NCBI GenBank assembly: GCA_951406725.2
Contig: OX597823.1
Coordinates: forward strand, 23,808,001 to 23,872,000
Source: Octopus vulgaris
Lineage: Eukaryota
Direction: 5' to 3'
DNA: 64,000 nucleotides
The notes beneath the pieces are model-generated. The model saw only the letters and a list, made by a program, of their open reading frames with translations, was not told the DNA's origin and ran no database searches. Of the stretch, positions 25,771-39,386 are shown piece after piece (positions within the stretch are counted from its first letter, which is position 1; the number at the start of each line of letters is the position of its first letter). A program made the translations under genes and the position numbers.

Positions 25771-25928
25771 ACATAAATACATATATATGCCTATTTCTAT
25801 CTGTGTACATGGTTCTTCAGTATGTTTCAGTCAATATCTTTATTCTAAATTTGTCATTATCTCCCCATCCTTACACTTCTCCTAACATATAATTACCATT
25901 GATACCGTTTTCTCTGTATCATTTCCAG

Positions 25929-26099
25929 TGTTTTCCAAAGTGGATTGTGGACCACCAAAAGACATTGCTAGTGCTTCAAAGTCCTATAAAAGCACTACCT
26001 ATAAATCTAAAGTAATCTACACTTGTCCAGAAGGAGAAACATTAAAATCGAGATGTGAAGACGACAATAAATGGACTCCAGTACCATCTACCTGTAAAG
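25929..26099 (+). CDS. Exon C3: Sushi/CCP module
   Basis: tttccAG|…AAAG|GTaatg, 171 nt. VFSKVDCGPPKDIASASKSYKSTTYKSKVIYTCPEGETLKSRCEDDNKWTPVPSTCK. Confidence 0.9.
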
Positions 26100-28103
26100 G
26101 TAATGTAAAGAGGCTCTCTCTTGTTGTTTCCAACTACATTATTTAAAAAAAAATTTTTTTGTGCTAAGTGTTTTTGTCAGAGGAAGAAACGCTGTGTCCA
26201 TGCCAATTTCCATTGTGAATTTCACTGTTGAGAAAGAAAGAAGTTATTGTCAGAGCAGAAACCTCTTCAAATGCCTGCAAGAGCGTCGGCTTTGTGAGCA
26301 CAGGAAGAATGGAATCTTGTCCCTACCTGAAATTTCCATGGAGTTTTCATCAACTAAATTTCATGTGCAAGGCCTAGATGTGAAGCAAATTCTTAAGCAT
26401 AGAGAACCCTGCGCAATAGTCCATTGTTTTTAAGCAAAACTATTATGACCACAGCTATAACTCAGCTCATGTAATTTTTTTCTATAATTTCTCTCTTGAC
26501 TTTTCTCATCCATATTTTGTGTCATGATCTATTACTCGGTACAATACAATGCACTGTGTTCTTCTTTACTAGAATTCAGCAATCCTCTGAAGTAGCCTTC
26601 TGATGCTCAAGTGATATTCCATCCAGTCCATAATCCTAAATTATAATAACACAAATAATAATCATGATTCTTTCTAAATTGGGAAAAGAAAGCCAATAAT
26701 TTTCTATATGTTGTAGATTGACTTCCATTTTGTTGTTTTTAGATAGATTACTGGTTTGAGGATGTATCCATCGGTTACAATTCAATTAAGTTTAATATCC
26801 ACTAATTAAGTTGACTATCCACTAATTAAAATCAGAAAAATATCATGGTTTTTATAACTTACCTTGGAAATTTCTAGAAGCCTTCTGAAATATCATTTAA
26901 AATAGTTTAGGCTAAAACTGAGAATGATTTTGGCTGAAATCTATGTATGCATGTTTAAAATGTGAACTGTCATTTTGAGAATGTGTTTGTGATAAAATAT
27001 CTTCGTTTATGAACTTTGTAGCTTGTGTCGAGGTGAATAGATGTGAGTTGTACATGAGAGATTGCGCGTAGAGCTACAGAGAAGACATATGTCTTTGACT
27101 AAAACTGGCAGGAACTTAGAACTTTTACTGTGTAGCTCAGAATGAGGTTGGTGTCCCAGAACGAGGCTACTGTATCAAAGCAAGGCTAGATGTCTCATCG
27201 ATGTATTCGTCTGCTGTGTCGGTCAGCTTACATATTACTATGTAATATTTAGCTCTGCTAAAAATATTTTCAGCCATTGAGAGAACTTGTAGATTTTGTT
27301 TAGTTTTCATTACCTATAATCATACAAACAAAAAGCTTTTACTACAAATAGATGATGTTTAGTGAGTATCATCAACTCCAGTTCTTCACTAGTATTTTAC
27401 ACTTTTGACCTTTGCAGAAATGAAAGGCAAAATTGACACTGGCTGGATTTAAACTGAATACATGAAGTGCTTGAATACATATCATAAAGAATTTCTCTCA
27501 ATTCTGACACCAACTTGTGTGTTTTTCCACTGAAAATGATGAAAGTGAAATTGTATTTGGTTGCCAGGGCAAAATGTTGCATAATCAGTAAATTCATGTC
27601 TTGCAGTGACTAGCCATATATAGTTACTTCTTTTATATTCTGGATTCAAAGACTATCTGGATATATATTCACCTTTCATCATTCAAAGGTTGATAGCACT
27701 AGTTCTAACCAAGTACTGAGTTTCATGTATTCATTTCTTTATATGCATTCTCAATGCAAAATGTGTCGCTTTGCATTTGTATTAGAAATCATCATAAATA
27801 CTGTTTTTATCCACAATAATTGTAATTATTTCAGTTGTTAAAGGTGATGGATTTGCAGAATCATTAGAACATCAGATAAAATGTGTGGTGGTATTTGTTT
27901 TGGCACTTCAGCTTCTAATTCCAAATTCTACTGATTATAATTTTGCTGTTGCAGGGCCAAGAAATTACAATCGCAGTCAAGAGTAGAGGCCATATTTTAT
28001 TGATTTCCTCCTACCTAAAATTTTTATCTTTTCTATGGTAGAAATTATTATTGTTGTTATTCTTTGTGTCTTTACATTCATCTAAATCTTACTCCAATTC
28101 CAG

Positions 28104-28340
28104 TCGCTGAGTTGCATTTTGCAAAAGTCGCAGATGCAATTCTGGATGTATCTGGGAAAACATTGGTGAAGAAAAATATAACAGCTGATGCTTGTGGAGA
28201 AAGATGTTTGTCTGAGCCAAATTGTATAGCATTTGAAATAACTAAAAGAGGTGGAAACTGTTACTTAGCATCTGAAACTGCAGATTCCACCAAGAAAATG
28301 AAATCAGACAAAAGCAGAGATTATTACCAACGAATAAAAC
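28104..28340 (+). CDS. Exon A2: PAN module (subtype A)
   Basis: ttccAG|…C|GTaatt, 237 nt. VAELHFAKVADAILDV…DACGERCLSEPNCIAFEITKRGGNCYLAS…RDYYQRIK. Confidence 0.9.
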
Positions 28341-29401
28341 GTAATTATTCTTTGAATTTTACTATTGGACTTTCTTTTCCTGTTTTCCTGAAATTTGTGA
28401 ATCCATTTGTACTTTATAGTGTATAAACAACCATTTTTGTAAACGCATTGAAAAATTTACCTAGAAGGACAGGTATGGAATAGTTTCTGAAAAAGAAAAA
28501 GTAATATTAGGCACTCTAAATACCCTGAGAGCATTGTCATATGGACTTTAACCACCTTGAAAAATGTTATATTTGTTTGTAATTTTTTTTTTCTTTCTGC
28601 CAAAAAGGAAATGCTTGTTGTTTGCCTTAAACCTGAATAAGTGTATTTATTGGAGCACCTCGTGTCTTACATGTGTAACGGGGTTACTACCTGCAGCCTA
28701 CAGTACAATGCTATCCATTCTTTTCAACTAATACTGGGAAAAATGGAGTAGCACAAGAGGTAATGAAGACAATATCGTCTTTCATTTGTGGCAGATGCCC
28801 AGGGGCAATTAACACATGCCAGGGGGAGAAACTAGAAGTAGTTGATAGCTTCTGCTACCTAGGTGACCAAGTCTGTAGTGGGCTAGGTGCTCAGTGAGCA
28901 TTACCAATAATAATTTTAAATAAAATATTAGAAAGCCTTCCTGAAAACAGTTTTTAGCATAAGACATCCTTCTCAAAATCCATGTAAATTCTGGTATAAT
29001 ATGAATCATACTTTGAACTTCACATTTATGATTCAGTTGCAGATAATACATTTATACATCCCTCTTCTGACAGTGTGCTTTTGTTTATGATTTAAAGGCC
29101 ATAACAACACTTATTCATCGATGGTCTACTGAATATCACTTTGACCCTTTGAAAATACATCATTAGAAGTGAGGTTATATAAATGTGTTATTTGAAACTT
29201 AAATTTTGAAATGCATTTACAAATGATCTCAAGATGTGCTACAGTTCACATGAATCTTTTTCAAGTTGTCATTTTGTGGACCAATTATTTGTTTATAATA
29301 AATTGTGTATTCAAAACAAATTTTTCACCAGATGTTTTATAATATTAAACGTGTGGATTTAAGAATGTATTTCTTGTCTTTTTTCTTTTATATTTCTCCA
29401 G

Positions 29402-29635
29402 CAAAAGATGAAATTATTAAATTTAAAAGTACTATGATACCAGGAGAAGATACTTTTGAACGAGTGGATAATGTGAGCTTAAAGGAGTGTGCTCAAGCTT
29501 GTCATCATAATCCAAAATGTAATTCTTATGAGTACCATGAAAAACATAAGTTCTGTGATCAAAGTAATGTGACTCACTTGTCTCATGACCTTCAACCCAG
29601 CAAATGGGGTTGGGATGTTTACATCATTAACCCAG
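29402..29635 (+). CDS. Exon B2: PAN module (subtype B, His-rich)
   Basis: tctccAG|…CCAG|GTcagt, 234 nt. PKDEIIKFKST…KECAQACHHNPKCNSYEYHEKHKFCDQS…WDVYIINP. Confidence 0.9.
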
Positions 29636-30029
29636 GTCAGTAGTGTTTGCATTTCATTTTTTTGTGTGTGCTTGCATGTCAGTGTATTTGCATGTATTGT
29701 CATATGTGTGTGTATATATGTATCGGTCTGTCTGAATGTCAGTCTTTCTGTCTATCTATCTATCTACCTATTTCTGTCTGTCTGTACCTCTGGATTTACT
29801 GATTCTACCTTCATGGAATTCTCTGGATTTTTTTTTTTTATGTTAATCACTCCTATTTACTACAACTTTTGAACATTTTGAACTTTTATACTTCGTATAT
29901 TAGTACTTTGCTATACTCACTTGTCTTTTACTTTTTTATTTTTTCTTCTCTTCTCCCTTGTTTCTCTTTTTTTATTTTTTATTTTTAAATGTTTCCTTCT
30001 TTTTCTCTCCTTTTTTCCTCCTTTTTCCA

Positions 30030-31930
30030 CCATGCCTAATTACAAATCCTTTCACCTCCACCCTCACCACCGCTGAAAGAAACACCTTTCCACACTTCCT
30101 TTCCACTGCTTTTTAATCTTTCCCTAGTGGCTTTCAAAAAAATCACTCTTCTGTAGTCATGCTTCCTTTCTCAGATGCTGCCAAAGGTTTCCGCCTCCAT
30201 TTCCTCCTGACTTATCATTCTGCCTCTGCCATCCTACTCTTACACTGCACCACTTCCTACTGCCTTATGTGTGTCACCATTTATTCTAATCTCTCCAAAA
30301 TACACACCCTTGACTGCCTTTTCCCACTTGCTTATTACACCTGTTTTTCACCTATTCATTGCACATTCCACCTTATGTTTGATGCTCCATCTAATTCACA
30401 TTTTCCATGACTTTCTCGCTTCCACTAAACAACATAAACTCCACTTACTCTTTCATCCTGTCCTACCTAATGCCCTTACACCCACCCCTCCCAGATCTAC
30501 TCACTCCAATCCTTCAAGTACTCCAACCCCTATGTGCTACTTCTGCTCTTTCCTCCCTGCTTTCACCACCACTCCCACATCTACCTCCTCTTCCTCTTAT
30601 TTCAGTCTATCATTACCATTCCTCCTGGTTGTCCCCTCTCTGAGGCGGAGCAAACTCTTCTCAGAACTCTCTTCTCATCCCCCTCACTCCATCTAATACC
30701 GAGTTTCAGACCTGTGCTAATATTCATAGCTTTGTGCACCATCTCAGGCTACATGTACATTTCCACAACACTTCATCTGCATCTGAGGAAGGGGACTACT
30801 TCACTGACCTGGGCCACTGACCATCCCACTGGACACCTGCTCCTGGCCAGTTTCAAGCATTTGATTATTTTGCAAGTATCTGCCAACATATTGTAGACTG
30901 GTTCAACTATCGCAGGCATCCCTGACATTGTAACATCTCCCGGGTCAAACTTTCAGCCATTCGATGTTTCCACCGCTGCAAAATATCATCATAAATCTAG
31001 CTGTGTGGTGGTATGGCAGGCAGACCATTACAAGTTTGAAGCTTTCCACCAACTTCAAGATACCGTCTACTGTTGCCCTCAGCCCTCCAACCCCACACCT
31101 AACTATGAACAGAATATGTCCTCTGCTATTCATGATCTCATTCCCCCCCCCAACCTCATTGTCTGCACTCTATGCACCCACCACTATTTACTTCCCTCCC
31201 AAAACTCACAAGCTCAACAACTCTGTTTGTCCCATCGTCTCTGCCTGTAGCTGCCCTACAGAAATTATCTCTAAATACCTTGACTGTGTCCTTGATCCCC
31301 TAGTGGCCTCCCTTCCACAGCCATGACTCTAACTATGGTCCTCATCTCTTTAATTCTTTCTCTTCTCCTTCTGGCCCCTCTAAATTTCTGTTCACTCTTG
31401 ATACCAAGAGTTTATATATGGTGATCCCACACAACAAAGGACTTCTTGTGCTGAAACAATTTCTGGACTTTCAATCTAGCCCCCAACTTGAAAACTCCGC
31501 ACTTCTTCATCTGCTGAACCTGTTCTCTCCTTCAACTGCTTCTTGTTTGTAGGGGATTTTTACCAACAAATTTCAGGACTGGCTATGGGAATGAGAATGG
31601 GCCTAAACTATGCAAACTTGTTTGATGGCTATGTTGAGGCCGAAATATTCTCATAATTCACTGGTCCCACTCCCGAAGTCTACAATCATTATATCAATGA
31701 CTGTATCTGCGTAACCTCACTCTCCCACAAACAACTAGACTCCTTCCTCTCTTTTGACCATTTCTTCCATCCTGCCCTTGAATTCTCCTGCACTATCTCT
31801 AACTCATCTGTCGAATTTTTCAACATCTTTGTCAGTATACATAACTCTGCTTTCACTACCGACATCTACTACCGATGCACTAACTCACACTCCAGCCTTA
31901 ACTTTTCCAACACCACCATCCTTCCAGGCA
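30030..31930 (+). mobile_element. Decayed Penelope-like element (Neptune-like RT)
   Basis: YFPPKTHKLNNSVCPIVSACSCPTEIISKYLD, FTLDTKSLY, FYQQISGLAMGMRMGLNYANLF and HYINDC (RYIDD-like). Confidence 0.8.
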
Positions 31931-33909
31931 CCCATCATCATTCCTATCATATCACTGACTCCTTTACTCGCACCTCTAGTAATGACGTTTACTGTATAAC
32001 AGTGTAGATATTGGTGGTTATGTCAGGTTATCAATCATTTAGTTGCAAGGTATTGACAGAACACTAGAAGTAATATAATTTTGTAACAGCGTTCGGCATG
32101 TATGTTGACGATACTGACATTGCATCAACATCACCATTATAAGACAGTTTAAACAGGATAAGAAAATGTGTTTTTAATAGCAACGGGGAGATATCTGTGA
32201 AAGTGAAATTAGGAAGTCATGTTTGTGTTAAGAATGTTATTTAATTTCTTCATACTAGGTTGTCTGTATTCTCTCATTAACAAAAGTTTGGGTATAACTT
32301 CATAAGGTGTGTGCAAATCTTTAGCTAATTCATTTTCCTTATAATAATATGATGAGAGTTCGTACAGGAAAATACCAAGACAAAGACAGGATTTAACATT
32401 AATATTTTATTTACAGAAAGTCAAAATATTCACAATTAATTTATCACAACATAATATTGAATAGAGAAATTGAAGTAGTTATCATAAAGAAGAAAAAACA
32501 TGTTTTGAATAATTCTGTCATGAGAAAGATGACAGGAAAAATTTTCTTATCTAAATCCTCAAAAATACTCTAAAAAACCGTTTAGGAAAGCATGACATAA
32601 TGTCATGAAGGATGAAGAATGCCAGAATGAGTGACAAGGTCTCATATGGTAAACCAAGTGTCACTGGATAATTTCCCAAAAATCAGAGTTTTATAACTAC
32701 TGCAAACCCGTTTCTAGGAATCTTTCTTCAGGGTAAAAAAAATGTTTCACAAAGATTAGAATCGATGTATAAACTGTAAAATTGACCAATGAAAAAGCAT
32801 AAGACATTTATAAACAAAAGATAGCCGACACAACTATGACATCATGCTGCTTCTAAAGTCTTAACTGTTACAACTGATCTCTTGCTCTCTTTGTCCTTCC
32901 CTGTACATGAGTCAAAAGGGAAGCTACTTGCCTCACTGGTTCGCTTAACACCTCTGAGACATCTGACTCAGCAATGACACCCCAGTCTTGCACCATTTCT
33001 GCTCTACTGGTCATTCACTAGAACATCTGTGTTTGGACTGTCTTTGCACAGGAACCATCGAGACTCATGCCTTTGTTTGTTAACAAGAATCAATCTTCTC
33101 TCTTTGCTCCTTTGCACCACATGGGCTCAACTCACTCTCTTCATCTGACACCAACCACACATCCTCTCTTCATTTGATACCAACCCAATACCACTCCACA
33201 CATACTGACCACTTCCCAGCACCCACACAACACACCATCAATCACACAACCACTCACAATCTTTAGTACCATTACCACACTTACCACTATATGAGCAGCT
33301 ACACACACTGTTTAACTGTACACACACCACACACCATCATGCACACTCCCACACCCATACAAACATATAATATCTGAATACAGATGGTATATACTCCCAC
33401 ATAACTTTTGCCCACACCATACACATGCACATTGTTTGGTCACAAACAGATAGGAACACACACACACACACACACACACACAGACTAAAACACGTGCACA
33501 CACCACATGAAAAATCACTCATCAACTGCTACTCAAAACACATACACACACACGTCAGAGTTACTCGCTACTATTCACAAACACAACACATGTCAGAGTC
33601 ACTTGTCTCTGTTCACACACATACATGTCAGAGTCACTCACTGCTATTCACACTCACACATTTACACACAACATTCTCACGTACCAACGCATGCATTTGC
33701 ACCTTCCCTTGTTGGGATCACTAGCACTTTATTATCTCCCTTATGTATGTTTGCATGCATACATGAAGATATGTACACATGTGTGTGTATGTGTTTATGT
33801 GTGTGGTTGTATATATATATTTTCATATATATATTTTCATTTAGAGTTAGTAGGCCCCTGCATCCCACCATATAAAAGAATTTTAATTTAAATACTTACT
33901 ACTTATATC

Positions 33910-34010
33910 TCAGCTACACTTGTTTCTTGAGGTTCATTTCCTGGTTCCTTAACCACGCCGTGTTTTGCTGGAACCTTTCTTAAAATATAACCACAATCAT
34001 CAGGCCTCTA
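33910..34010 (-). ncRNA. Type I hammerhead-ribozyme-like motif
   Basis: Minus strand: ggc-CTGATGA-ttgtggtt…ggttcc…ggaacc…aacctcaa-GAAAC-aagt-GTA-gct. The core is intact, stem II is long and paired, stem III is minimal and stem I is weak. Confidence 0.6.
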
Positions 34011-34058
34011 CATCACTTTATCATAGCTTGATACTAAAAACTATATTTTAATTTTTTA

Positions 34059-34480
34059 GGCGCAGGAGTGGCTGTGTGGTAAGTAGCTTGCTAACCAACC
34101 ACATGGTTCTGGGTTCAGTCCCACTGCATGGCACCTTGGACAAGTGTCTTCTGCTATAGCCTCGGGCTGACCAAAGCCTTGTGAGTGGATTTGGTAGACG
34201 GAAACTGAAAGAAGACTGTCGTATATATGTATATATATATGTATGTGTGTGTATATGTTTGTATGTCTGTGTTTGTCCCCCTAGCATTGCTTGACAACCG
34301 ATGCTGGTGTGTTTACATTCCCGTCACTTAGCGGTTTGGCAAAAGAGACCGATAGAATAAGTACTGGGCTTACAAAAGAATAAGTCCCGGGGTCAATTTG
34401 CTTGACTAAAGGCGGTGCTCCAGCATGGCCACAGTCAAATGACTGAAACAAGTAAAAGAGTAAAAGAGTTTAAGAGTAAA
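34059..34480 (+). mobile_element. Full-length tRNA-derived SINE with an internal microsatellite
   Basis: A box TGGCTGTGTGG, B box GGTTCAGTCCC, CCTTGGACAAGTGTCTT body and (AAGAGTAA)n tail. Confidence 0.9.
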
Positions 34481-35217
34481 TAAGTATGTGTAAATAAGTT
34501 GTACCCTACTGTACAAGCCATAATTTAATTCAAATAAAAAATTACAAAAAATAAAATAAAATAAAATAAAAAATAAAGATAGAAATAAAAAATATGAATA
34601 AAATAAAAATTTACAAAAACTATGTTCTCACGTAACTTATGTCTATAAATATAAAATTAATAATATAAAGAGATAAAAAAATAAAATAAAATATATACTT
34701 GTGATGATATAAAATGGTATAAAATGAAAGGAATGGCAAAAAAATACATTCAAATAAAAATGGAAGCAATATCGAATAAATATTTTCGAATAAAAACTAT
34801 AGTATGAATGACAAAATACAAAATTTACAAATGATACGAATGATAACAATTAAAAATTTACAAAGTAAAAATAACTTAAGGGTAACGTAAAAGAATATCC
34901 GTTGACTCCATTGTCCTACTAGGTCTTAATTTCGGCTTGACATCGCAAGGTCCAGCGAATTACACTCCCACCTACTTCCTTCTTCTTTTAAACTATTACT
35001 TAATTAACATATTACCTTAATAGTAACCATGGTCCAGGAAATACAAAAATGCATCATGGGAACATTACTTTTTTTATTTCGTATTATTCCGTATTATTCC
35101 CACCCTTTGTTCACTCACACTGCACTGCTATTCCTTCCCACATCTAATGGTAAGTTAATTTAACCTAGTACGTTCACATTAAATAATAATAATAGTAATA
35201 ATACTTACACTTTAAAT

Positions 35218-37370
35218 TTAGGGTTTGGAATTATTAATTAGGGATTTCAATCTATGTTTACATTTAATTTTTCTTTCCTCCTGAGCATTTAGAAGCCACG
35301 TTTTAGCCCATAATATCTCCATGAATTCATGGGTACATAACAGACATGACCTATTTCCAATTCTATATGATTTCGCTTTACATATTATATCCCACTTTAA
35401 TTCATAATTGATTCCTTTTGACTTTAAACTCCAAACGTATTTACTTAGTCCTGTTGAATTCATAAGTTCCTTATTTTTACATGAATTCAAGTGCTGTGCT
35501 ATTTGTTGGTTAATTTTATTCGATGTCGACCCAATATATGGATAATTTTCAATATTTGTATTATTTATTCCACTATTTTCATTTTCATCTACTTTTACAG
35601 AAGCCACACATTTATATACTACATCACTTACATTACATCTTCCATTAAGTTTACAGTAGCTTTTATCCCTACGATTACAACTATTATGATCTCCAGCCCT
35701 CCTATTCAGATGCTTATTTAATTTATCATAGTAATATTTATTCAGCCTATACTTATTTATTGATGAAATAATATTCCCTACATTGTTAGTTGTTGAATAC
35801 CCCACTCCTATATTATTTTCAGAGAATACTTCCATATATTTTTTATTATCCATAATAAATGATTCTATTGTATTAGTGATATCTTTAATAATATTACTTT
35901 TAACTTGAGTACCATATTATCAACCATATTATTTTATTATTTTTATTTATGTTTATATTATTAATCCCCTTATCTTTATTTACACAAGTTTTGTTATTAT
36001 CTTCTATATTATTTGTATTATTTGTATATAAGTATTGTCTCCATTATGATTTTCTTTTAATTTTAAATCCTTCCCCATTAAACTCAACCTATCCTTATAC
36101 TTTATACCATTTATATTTTTCCTGTGTTTTATGTGTTTTATCATCTTGAATTCCATAACATGACGGTGTGTTATCCTATTCTGACTATTATACATATTTT
36201 TCTTTTTCTTTTTATTATTATATACATTTCTATTCTCGTTTACATTTACATTTATCTTACTCCCTATATTAACACTATTTAGGTTACTTACATTTTTGTG
36301 TTTTATATAATTATTCCTATTAATATTCTTATTATAGAATTTAATTTCTTCCTTATATCCAGCCTTCCTTAATGCTTCATTATAGTAGTCAGCGTGTTTT
36401 AGGAAGCTCTCACAATTCAAAGAGAGCATTTATATCCTTTTCCCTATGTTATCTATTAGTATCTTTTTTACCGAGGGTGGGGGGTGATTACTATCTGCAT
36501 TTATGTATTTTAGGTTTTCATTAAGTTTATGGAAAGGCTGTATTGTATTAATTCTGTAGTAATGTTCAAATTTGCATCTAAAAAGTTTACGTTATAATGT
36601 TCATTATATATAATAGTTTCTAACCCATGATTAGATGTATAATTTCTTTTTATAATTTTCGAGAGTTCTATTTGTACAATTTTTTGTTATTTAACGTAAA
36701 TCATCCCTATATAAGCCCCCTTCAATATTTAAATTTTCTAATTTTAATTCAGAAAGCAGGTATATCCCAACTAGGTCGGTTACCTGTGCTGAATTTGGTG
36801 CTCCCATAGGTACATCAAAATGTTCCCTTGTGTCCTTTCTAGCCCATAATTTATTTTTGTGTTTAATGTGTGTTTTTCTTGCCATTTGGATTACCTTAAT
36901 TTCCTCCATCATCATTCCTGTTCTATTTTTAGCATATATCAAGGCCTTATTCAACACTATTTCATTTATGGAAGCATAATAATTATCAATATCTATTTGT
37001 ATGAACTTATATTCCTTATTGTTTTTTATATTTTTAAACTATTGTAAAGTTTCTATTGTACTGCCCCATAACATAACTTTAGGTAACCTAAATTATTTAA
37101 TTTGTTTATATATTTATCTAATATTAATTTACTTAATTTCCCTAGGTCCGACTTCCATGGGCATATTAGTCGGACTTTAGGGTCTGCATAGAAATTATCG
37201 TTATGGTCTTTTAGCATTATCCTTGGGTGTAATGGCACATAGGGTTCTGTTTTTTATCTAGTTCATAATTCATCATAATTACTTTATAACACTTATTTAT
37301 TTTCTTTAAAGTATTATTTTGGACTATTTTATATTTTTTGTTGATTTCTTTCTCTAGTAAACTATCATCT
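35218..37370 (-). mobile_element. Penelope-like element (RT plus GIY-YIG endonuclease), frameshifted; Naiad-like motifs
   Basis: KVRLICPWKSDLGKLSK and FDVPMGAPNSAQVTDLVG…GGLYRDD (RT); CNRRDKSYCKLNGRC…VVYKC…YIGST…LSKYVWSLK…CLLCTHE…KCKH (Cys linker and GIY-YIG). Confidence 0.85.
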
Positions 37371-37507
37371 ACCTTAGGATATTTGTGATTTGTTACCTCT
37401 ACTACTTATTGAGACTTTGGTCTTTGCTAGGTTAACACAAACCCACCAACTCTAGACCTTGCTTCCACACCTGCATGCACGTGCATGTATATACATATAT
37501 ATATTTA

Positions 37508-37548
<41 letters not shown>

Positions 37549-37689
37549 AATAAAACATATATCAGAAAAGAAGTAGACCCTAAAGGATATAACAGTACTT
37601 ATTGCAACAAATTAAAATTTCATATCCACAGAAACCAATAAGAGGTGCAGTGAAGTACTTGGAGTTCCAAGTTTCAACCAGAAATGTAG

Positions 37690-38345
37690 ATTATATCATA
37701 TTTCTGTGGAAGACATCAACCACAATTAACAGCTGTCCAAAAATGTATCAAGGCACTACCTCCCTATGCAACACGATGTTGTTAAACAAACAATTTAAAA
37801 TACCATTTGGAAAAAAGACTGTCTTAGAATAAATGTAGAGAATCCCCCTGTTATTAAAATGTTCACAAAGATCAGCACAAGGAATACTAGTGGAATATTC
37901 TCATGCAATCATCTGTCACGTGTAAGTATAACAGGCTGGATATTGTTTGGGATAGACAAGGAAAAGTATGTGCCATCAAAGAGGTCAGCTGTACTGTTGA
38001 TGTGAATATCTCTTTGGGTATCAATGAGAAAGAAGATAACTATGGACAACTGCTTCAAAACCTCCAGCCTCTATATCCAGATCAGAAACTTACACTTATA
38101 CCAATAAGAATTGGATTAATTGGGTTTGTAAGTAAATGCCTGTCAGCCTGGAAAGCTTAGATTTTCAGAAAAAGAAATTAACCAACACACTCACACATTA
38201 TAAATTCAGTCTGTTACTAGAACAGGAAAACTATGCAAGACTTTAGGGATATTGTTTACAATATCTACATTTCAATGCTGGATCTTTGTATCTTTATCTG
38301 AAACCAACTACTACTTCAGAAGAAAAAATTTAAAGGATTAAAAAT
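37690..38345 (+). mobile_element. RLE-type non-LTR retrotransposon 3' remnant
   Basis: CKYNRLDIVWDRQGKVCAIKEVSCTVDVNI…EKEDNYGQLL; homologous to 11400-12060. Confidence 0.75.
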
Positions 38346-39215
38346 GGAATAGAAACAAATGCATGCATACATCCATCCATCAATTAATCCATCCATCGAT
38401 CCATCCATTCACACAAGCACACATACATACATACATACATCTGTCCATCCCTCCATAATACATACATACATACATGCATGGTGGCTGCCCCCTCATTATC
38501 GAGTATGGCCATTGCACGAAGCTTAATCAATGTTGTTATCATGCAATGCCTGTGCAAGAAGATTTTTTTAAAGTGGGGAAAGGCTGTGCACTGAGTCAAT
38601 CTCACTCACTAAGCAACAGCAGCCATAATCCAAAAAGAAGAACAAGTCAACATCATCGGTAACCACTGAGCCGCAGGTTTTATATTGGAATTATCCCAGT
38701 TACCTGAGTTACCTTCTCCTAGAAGGATGCCCTAACAAAGGCTAGGAGTCTTTCATTCCCAATGGTTTAACTGCATGTTCGGGTATTCAGTCCGATTATT
38801 TCTATGTCCCCGCGCATGATACAGCCTTAAGACATTTATTGGATGGCCGTTCACTCTTAAGAGTTCCTCCACCCTTTGACGGGTTTTGTTTTTCATCCCG
38901 CAGGGTGTCCAATAAACACCCTCCTCACCAAGCAAGCTTGGTGGTGTTGCCAGTTTAGTCGCCGACGACCCAACCATGCAACAGGTTGTCCTGGGTTACA
39001 TGTTACAGACATACATACATACATATATACATACAAGCAAACAAGTAAAAAATAAATACTTATTTGCATGCTGTTATGTATATTTTTATATTCCAGTGCA
39101 GAATTCTCAGTTTGATTCACTTGTTATCTTTACTGTAATGTTATTTAATTCCTTATTCTCACCTGCTTTTAAACATGCAAGCACCATTAGTGTAAATTTC
39201 TCTTTCCAATTCCAG

Positions 39216-39386
39216 ATTATTCACAAATTGAGTGTGGACCTCCAAAAGAAATTGTTGGTTCAGTGAAGTCCTATAATTCCACCTTGTATAAATCTGAAGT
39301 CACCTATACTTGCCCAAAAGGAGAAAAACTGAAGTCAATGTGTGAAAAGGACAATGAGTGGACTCCAGTTGTATCTTCTTGTAATG
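39216..39386 (+). CDS. Exon C4: Sushi/CCP module
   Basis: attccAG|…AATG|GTaata, 171 nt. DYSQIECGPPKEIVGSVKSYNSTLYKSEVTYTCPKGEKLKSMCEKDNEWTPVVSSCN. Confidence 0.9.

Noticed and set aside
32085-32150. Minus-strand hairpin followed by CCGAACGCTGT, possibly a hammerhead relic
   Set aside because: Neither CUGANGA nor GAAA is intact.
38440-39000. GC-richer block that may be a LINE UTR fragment
   Set aside because: No coding motif or second copy in the window, so it could not be classified.
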